Shown: positions 36,437-41,357 of the stretch, in pieces
How positions within the stretch are numbered: the first letter of the stretch is position 1
Layout: each line of letters begins with the position of its first letter
Assembly: GCA_027081495.1 (NCBI GenBank)
Contig: JALWKJ010000181.1
Coordinates: 1-41,357 of the forward strand
Source: Campylobacterales bacterium
GTDB lineage: Bacteria > Campylobacterota > Campylobacteria > Campylobacterales > QNZT01
Length of the DNA stretch: 41,357 bases
Direction of reading: 5' to 3'
Translations under genes and position numbers: made by a program
The notes under the pieces: generated by a model
The model's database searches: none
What the model saw: only the letters and a program-made list of their open reading frames with translations
What the model was told of the DNA's origin: nothing

Positions 36437-36464
36437 TTGCAAAATTAAAAAAATCAGGTATAAT
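36437..36464 (+). promoter_or_regulatory. Sigma70-like promoter of the cold-shock gene
   Basis: TTGCAA (36437-36442), a 16-nt spacer, then TATAAT (36459-36464). It predicts a 5' UTR of about 130 nt. Confidence 0.5.
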
Positions 36465-36602
36465 AGTTTAGATGAAGATGAGGCTTGAGTACACTTCGGT
36501 GTATTGCGTTACTACAGATGTTACTGCTATGTACTGAACAACACTCCCGATTTTGATTCGACTTTATTTTTTTATAAAGTGTATTTCTACAAAAGGTATA
36601 AA

Positions 36603-36821
36603 ATGGCAGAATTGCTTAATGGAACCGTTAAATGGTTCAACGACGAAAAAGGCTATGGATTTATTCAACAAGAAAACGGCGGAGATGATGTGTTTGTACA
36701 TTTCAGACAAGTAAATCATAACGGTCCGGGACGCGTTTCACTTCAGGACGGTCAACAGGTAACTTTTGAGATTGGCGAAGGACACAAAGGTCCTCAAGCT
36801 CAAAATGTAACTCCGCTTTAA
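36603..36821 (+). CDS. cspA: Cold-shock protein (CspA family)
   Basis: [15 protein letters not shown] (RNP1) and DVFVHF (RNP2). 72 aa counted from the ATG at 36603. The upstream part of the 105-aa ORF-track entry is the 5' UTR. Confidence 0.9.
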   Translation: MAELLNGTVKWFNDEKGYGFIQQENGGDDVFVHFRQVNHNGPGRVSLQDGQQVTFEIGEGHKGPQAQNVTPL

Positions 36822-36836
36822 TATAAAAAGCTAAAG

Positions 36837-36857
36837 AACCCGCTAACTCAGCGGGTT
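36837..36857. terminator. Intrinsic terminator hairpin between convergent csp and the metallophosphoesterase gene
   Basis: aacccgc taactca gcgggtt followed by taaaattt, with an A-rich 5' flank (possibly bidirectional). Confidence 0.6.
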
Positions 36858-36863
36858 TAAAAT

Positions 36864-37601
36864 TTACTTCTTCTCTCCTTTTAGATAACTATTCCAGTAA
36901 TCCTTTTTTGCCCTCTTATAAAAAAACTCATAATTTTTTATATCTATACGATCCTCTTTTACGGTAAAAACAACCGCGGTAAGCTTTCCGCCGTAAACGC
37001 ATCCGGTATCGATATTGACGGCGTATTTGTCGATTTTCGGCTTAGGAAAAGGATGATGTCCCGACACTATAAACCCTTCCCTTCCATCATAAACTTCTGT
37101 CCAAAATTTATATCGATTTTCTTGATCGCTCCAGGGAATGGGTAGAAGTTCCCTATTTAAATATCTTATAAGAGTAATCTCCTTTTTTAAAGAAGCGTCA
37201 AGATTTTCCAAATCCATTGAAGGAGTCAAACCGCCATGCAAAATAGTGAGATTTTTTACCTTGATAAAAAGAGGTAGAGAATTAAGAAAAAGAAAATCAT
37301 CATCTCTAAGACTTAAAACCGTAGCTATTTCAAAAGCCCGAAGAGATTTTAAATACTCTTCTCCTGCTTTTTTATACTGCTTATACTGTTTTATCGCTTT
37401 TGCTTCATTGTTTCCGACAACGGATCTTATATGATGATCTTGCAAATAAGAGATCATCTCTCCTCCAAGATAGGGACCTTTATTTAAAATATCGCCTACA
37501 CATATCTCAAAATCACCGGATTTTATCCCTATCTTTTCTCTTAGATCTTTAAACTCGTCAAGACATCCATGAATATCCCCATATACTATTACCCTTTTCA
37601 T
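36864..37601 (-). CDS. Metallophosphoesterase (PPP-family, ApaH/PrpA-like)
   Basis: GDIHGC, GDILNKGP, GNNE and GHH motifs in the canonical order. Confidence 0.8.
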   Translation of the reverse strand: MKRVIVYGDIHGCLDEFKDLREKIGIKSGDFEICVGDILNKGPYLGGEMISYLQDHHIRSVVGNNEAKAIKQYKQYKKAGEEYLKSLRAFEIATVLSLRDDDFLFLNSLPLFIKVKNLTILHGGLTPSMDLENLDASLKKEITLIRYLNRELLPIPWSDQENRYKFWTEVYDGREGFIVSGHHPFPKPKIDKYAVNIDTGCVYGGKLTAVVFTVKEDRIDIKNYEFFYKRAKKDYWNSYLKGEKK

Positions 37602-37655
37602 TGCAAAAGTATAACCTAAAAAAGGAAATTTTTGCTTTGGGCGTTATTGTACCAG

Positions 37656-38276
37656 TTAGTTTATTTTTCCCATTCCTTTTGCCGAACTGACGATCGAATC
37701 GCCCTCTTCGTTGGAAAAAGATCTATATCTTGCTAAACATTCGTTTTTTTCGCTTTTTAACCTATCTTTCGTAAGATCGTCAAAATTCATAGGAAGCATC
37801 TTTTTATGCTCTATATAGGCGCTAAGTCTCTCTTTCGTATTTAAAACTTTTGCTTTAAAAAGCGTTTTGTTTAACATCTCCTGTTCTATTTGATCCTCTT
37901 TCTCACGATATAGGATATAATCCCTGCAAGTATATAGGGATAAAAGCTCTTTATCCAATTTCAAGTGCTTTTTTACGCTCGTATTTTTAGGGAGAGTTAT
38001 GATCTCTTGGATTTTTTGCGCGGCCTCAAGGAACATCTCTTTTTGAAACGGATCGTTTTCAAATTTTTGTTCGACATACGACTCCACATCGTCTCTGATG
38101 CCGTTTGAATCAATATCTCTACCTTCCAAAGAATCTTCTTTTTGAGAATCAAGTTTGACGAGGGTTTCAAGATCAAAAATCCATCCAAACTTATTGTTTT
38201 GCTTTACGCCCTGTTCGGCGGCAAATAGCAGACTACATCCTCCAAATAAAAGCAGTGTCGCGATGAATTTTTTCAT
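37656..38276 (-). CDS. Hypothetical lipoprotein with one EF-hand-like loop
   Basis: Signal peptide and lipobox MKKFIATLLLFGGC. DIDSNGIRDDVE resembles a 12-residue Ca-binding loop. The rest is predicted helical and charged, with no family recognised. Confidence 0.6.
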   Translation of the reverse strand: MKKFIATLLLFGGCSLLFAAEQGVKQNNKFGWIFDLETLVKLDSQKEDSLEGRDIDSNGIRDDVESYVEQKFENDPFQKEMFLEAAQKIQEIITLPKNTSVKKHLKLDKELLSLYTCRDYILYREKEDQIEQEMLNKTLFKAKVLNTKERLSAYIEHKKMLPMNFDDLTKDRLKSEKNECLARYRSFSNEEGDSIVSSAKGMGKIN

Positions 38277-38428
38277 TTTATATTCCTTAAGTTTCTTTAT
38301 CCTTAGTATATATATTTTTTTTACCTATGGCTAGAGATGGGCGATATTTTTTTCATAAAAGTCATTTTTTGTTACCGTTTTATGCAAAAGGGGAAATATT
38401 TATATCAAAAGGAGAGTTTTTACTAAAG

Positions 38429-38866
38429 TTATCGGAGTCTAAAAATTTTCTTTTTACCTATTTTGTATATACAAGAAGCTTTACCTTCAAAAAATCCCTC
38501 CTTGCTCCAAACGATGATATCCGAATGATTTTTTGCGTATTGGATATCGAAAGAACAATTATTTTTATTTGCGGATGAAGAGTATATAAAATCAAATCGT
38601 TTTAAAAATCGGCTATGGTTTTTGTCTAAAACTACTCGAATCGCCCGCTTATTGGGATATATAATCGTACTTTTTTTCGCCCTTCTTACTCTTTTTTTAA
38701 AATTTTTCGGAACCCTTGCGAGTTTTTTTAATTTATCCAGTTTATCGACACAAATTAAAAAAGGCTGTTTTGGATCTCTTTTTTTTGCTTTTGCCAAAGA
38801 GAGGGGATTTTCCGATAAAAAACCCGCGGTAGTATCTGTTTGAACAAGATACACCGCATCTTTCAA
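38429..38866 (-). CDS. Short Sua5/YciO/YrdC/YwlC-family protein (TsaC-like)
   Basis: VYLVQTDTTAGFLS and AKKRDPKQPFLICV match the YrdC-fold N-terminal motifs. It is only 145 aa. TTG start overlapping the carB stop (TTGA). Confidence 0.65.
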   Translation of the reverse strand: MKDAVYLVQTDTTAGFLSENPLSLAKAKKRDPKQPFLICVDKLDKLKKLARVPKNFKKRVRRAKKSTIIYPNKRAIRVVLDKNHSRFLKRFDFIYSSSANKNNCSFDIQYAKNHSDIIVWSKEGFFEGKASCIYKIGKKKIFRLR

Positions 38867-41357
38867 GATAGATAATCCTGAATGGCTTTTGGATTTAAAG
38901 CTCCCGTTTCATTTGCTAGAGCTTTTATGGCATCGGCGCTCGCAAGAGCGGCGGCAACCGTCGTAACATACGGTATGCCGAGTCTCAATACGCTTTGACG
39001 AATAACTCTCGCATCGTCTTTAGTGGCATTGCTATCACTCGTATTTATCACCAACGCTATTTCATTATTTTTAATCATATCGCCGATATTTGGGCGTCCT
39101 TCGGATATTTTGAGCACTTTTTTTGATTCTATACCGACTTTTAAAAGCGCCTCATGAGTGCCGCCTGTCGCAACTATATCAAATCCGATATCCAAAAACT
39201 TCTTAGCAAGTCTTTGCGCAAAGATTTTATCTACATCTGTCAATGATATAAATACGGTTCCGCTTAAAGGAAGTATATTTTCACTTGCCCACTGGCTTTT
39301 TGCAAAAGAGAGCGCAAAAGTGTCGCTTATACCCATAACTTCGCCCGTAGATTTCATTTCGGGTCCCAAAATCAAGTCGGCTCCAGAAAGCTTTTTAAAT
39401 GGAAATACGGCCTCTTTTACACAAACCTGCTCTTTTAAAACGGGTTTATATACGGCTTCGTCTTTCGTTACCACTCCAAAGGTATCGTAAAACTCAAGCG
39501 CCTCTTTAAGGTCGCCAAGATACATAACTCTCGTAGCCACTTTAGCAAGCGGGATGCCCGTCGCCTTACTCACAAAAGGAACGGTGCGGCTAGCTCTCGG
39601 ATTTACTTCTATCATGTATATCTCATTTTTATATACCGCGTATTGTATATTTAAAAGCCCTTTGACGCCGAGTCCCAAAGCTATCTCTTTTGTTTTTATC
39701 TCTATCAACTTTTGCAAATCTTTACTCAAAGAGATAGGAGGCAAAGAACATGCGCTATCGCCGCTATGAATACCGGCTTCTTCTATATGCTGCATAATCG
39801 CTCCGATATACACCTCTTTACCGTCGCATATGGCATCTACATCGATTTCGACGGCATGATCTAAAAATTTATCCAAAAGTACGGGAGAATCGTTGCTGAC
39901 ATTTACCGCTTCTTGCATATAGCGATTAAGTTCGTCGTCGTTATAGACTATTTTCATCGCCCTTCCGCCAAGCACATAACTCGGTCTTACAAGTACCGGA
40001 TAACCTATATCGGAGGCGATTTTCAAAGCATCGTCCTTATTTGTCGCCGTGGCGTTTGCGGGTTGTTTTATGCCTATTTTTTTCATAAACTCCGAAAACT
40101 TTTCACGATCTTCCGCAAGATCGATAACCTCCGCCGTCGTTCCTATGATCTTCGCTCCGATTCTCGTAAGATCGCGGGAGAGTTTTAAAGGCGTTTGTCC
40201 TCCAAAATGAACAATCACGCCGTCTGGATTTTCTCTCTCTATAACGCTTCTAACTCCTTCAAAGTTAATAGGCTCGAAATACAGTATATCGCTAGTATCG
40301 TAATCGGTAGAAACCGTTTCCGGATTGCAGTTGTACATGATCGTTTTAACACCCATGTCGCTCAAAGCGAAAGAGGCGTGAACGCAACAATAATCAAACT
40401 CTATCCCTTGTCCTATTCTGTTTGGTCCTCCTCCGATAACCATAACTTTTTTTTCTTTGATGATATTCTCTTTTTTTTCTATATCGCTTATAGGCGTAGT
40501 CGAGTATAGATATGGAGTAAGAGCTTTGAATTCGGCGGCGCAGGTATCTACTTCATTGTATTCGAGTTTTATTCCAAGCTTTTTTCTTGCGTCATAAACC
40601 TCGTCTTCACTCACATTTATAAGTTTTGAGAGCATTTTGTCGGAAAATCCGAAACTCTTCGCAAGCCTTAACTTCTCTTTATTTTTCAAGATATCTTTAT
40701 CGATCTCTTTTTCAAAAGAAACAAGCTCTTCTATCTGGTACAAAAACCATCTATCGACAAAACAACACTCAAAAACTTCATCAACGCTCATACCCTCTCT
40801 AAAAGCCTGAGCTATATAAAGTATTCTGTCGCTGTTTGGCCGTCTTAGCTCTTTTTTTAAAAAATCGATATCGACTTCTATTTTTTCAAAGCCGCTTAGA
40901 TCCGTTTCCAAAGAGCACAACGCTTTTTGCAAAGACTCTTTAAATGTGCGACCGATACTCATGACCTCGCCCACGCTCTTCATGGAAGTCGTAAGCGTCG
41001 AATCTGCTCCGGGAAATTTTTCAAAAGTAAAGCGGGGAATTTTAGTGACTATATAGTCTATTACCGGCTCAAAGCTCGCGGCGGTACCGGTTATGTCGTT
41101 TTGAATCTCATCTAGCGTATAACCTACGGCCAAAAGAGTGGCGACTTTGGCTATGGGATAACCGGTCGCCTTTGACGCCAACGCCGAACTTCGGCTGACT
41201 CTCGGATTCATCTCTATAACCGTCATGCGTCCGTTTTTCGGATTTACCGCAAACTGTACATTGCTTCCTCCCGTATCGACTCCTATCTTTCTAAGAATCG
41301 CGAAAGAGGCGTTTCTCATGTGTTGATACTCTTTATCGGTAAGGGTGAGAGCGGGCG
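38863..41357 (-). CDS. carB: Carbamoyl-phosphate synthase large subunit, C-terminal ~830 aa (5' end lies beyond the window)
   Basis: The frame stays open to the window edge (..ALTLTDKEYQHMRNASFAILRKIGVDTGGSNVQFA). Also present are the second ATP-grasp domain, the oligomerisation domain and the MGS-like allosteric domain. Confidence 0.95.
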   Translation of the reverse strand, partial: PALTLTDKEYQHMRNASFAILRKIGVDTGGSNVQFAVNPKNGRMTVIEMNPRVSRSSALASKATGYPIAKVATLLAVGYTLDEIQNDITGTAASFEPVIDYIVTKIPRFTFEKFPGADSTLTTSMKSVGEVMSIGRTFKESLQKALCSLETDLSGFEKIEVDIDFLKKELRRPNSDRILYIAQAFREGMSVDEVFECCFVDRWFLYQIEELVSFEKEIDKDILKNKEKLRLAKSFGFSDKMLSKLINVSEDEVYDARKKLGIKLEYNEVDTCAAEFKALTPYLYSTTPISDIEKKENIIKEKKVMVIGGGPNRIGQGIEFDYCCVHASFALSDMGVKTIMYNCNPETVSTDYDTSDILYFEPINFEGVRSVIERENPDGVIVHFGGQTPLKLSRDLTRIGAKIIGTTAEVIDLAEDREKFSEFMKKIGIKQPANATATNKDDALKIASDIGYPVLVRPSYVLGGRAMKIVYNDDELNRYMQEAVNVSNDSPVLLDKFLDHAVEIDVDAICDGKEVYIGAIMQHIEEAGIHSGDSACSLPPISLSKDLQKLIEIKTKEIALGLGVKGLLNIQYAVYKNEIYMIEVNPRASRTVPFVSKATGIPLAKVATRVMYLGDLKEALEFYDTFGVVTKDEAVYKPVLKEQVCVKEAVFPFKKLSGADLILGPEMKSTGEVMGISDTFALSFAKSQWASENILPLSGTVFISLTDVDKIFAQRLAKKFLDIGFDIVATGGTHEALLKVGIESKKVLKISEGRPNIGDMIKNNEIALVINTSDSNATKDDARVIRQSVLRLGIPYVTTVAAALASADAIKALANETGALNPKAIQDYLS

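Noticed and set aside
36504-36602. N-terminal 33 codons of the 105-aa ORF containing csp
   Set aside because: Csp proteins are about 70 aa. An ATG with AAAAGGTATAAA upstream sits at 36603, and the upstream in-frame stretch ([13 protein letters not shown]...) is the 5' UTR.
38327-38578. 83-aa plus-strand ORF between the lipoprotein gene and the Sua5-like gene
   Set aside because: It overlaps the 3' part of the minus-strand Sua5/YrdC-like CDS and the upstream promoter region. It has no RBS or motifs.
1-41357. Frequent non-ATG starts (GTG: phzF-like, rarA, HDAC; TTG: panB, trpA, GH114, znuC, MCP, Sua5-like)
   Set aside because: I considered this as a sign of mis-annotation or recoding. In each case the N-terminus aligns with family expectations (signal peptide, conserved first motif) and an RBS or coupling overlap is present, so this is ordinary start-codon usage.
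1-41357. CRISPR arrays, tRNA/rRNA genes, IS elements, integrases
   Set aside because: I looked for regularly spaced direct repeats, additional GTTCGAnTCC T-arms and transposase- or integrase-like ORFs. Only the tmRNA T-arm and the two palindromic repeats were found. This was a visual scan only, so short or degenerate elements could have been missed.

Overview
This is a low-GC, gene-dense chromosomal segment, most likely from a member of the Campylobacterota. That assignment is an inference from four things: the 5' end of ssrA/tmRNA (GGGAGUGACCUGGCUUUCGACAGGAG) and its ANNTNYRPALAVA tag resemble Campylobacter-type tmRNAs; there is a MOMP-type porin ending in ...YLTYNF; rsmA sits directly upstream of rnj; and RNase J carries an N-terminal extension. 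I support about 42 protein genes and one tmRNA. By eye there are no rRNA or tRNA genes, CRISPR arrays, transposases or integrases.

Most of the window is housekeeping:
- phzF-like isomerase, and a panB-ruvB-AI-2E transporter operon
- an orphan trpA
- an EAL phosphodiesterase next to a DHH/DHHA1 phosphoesterase
- an envelope block: GH114-like lipoprotein, YgjP/M48-like protein, Yip1-like membrane protein, uppP, dedA and a beta-helix lipoprotein
- znuABC, a DASS symporter, a porin and pyk
- an AhpD-like CMD protein translationally coupled to a complete E1alpha/E1beta/E2/E3 2-oxoacid dehydrogenase complex, followed by lipB and lipA
- a CZB-domain chemoreceptor
- rsmA-rnj-kdsD-pseudouridine synthase-rarA-HDAC-like gene
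- csp, a metallophosphoesterase, a lipoprotein, a short Sua5/YrdC-like gene and a partial carB

The only clearly accessory DNA is a roughly 1.5 kb AT-rich islet immediately 3' of ssrA (8081-9610). It holds an att-like duplication of the tmRNA 3' end, a 92-nt imperfect palindrome, a PIN-toxin pair and micro-ORFs.

I cannot point to a convincing large novel system. The best leads are the ssrA islet, the AhpD-like/PDH/lipoylation supra-operon, a nested palindromic intergenic repeat present twice in the window, and the uppP-dedA pair.
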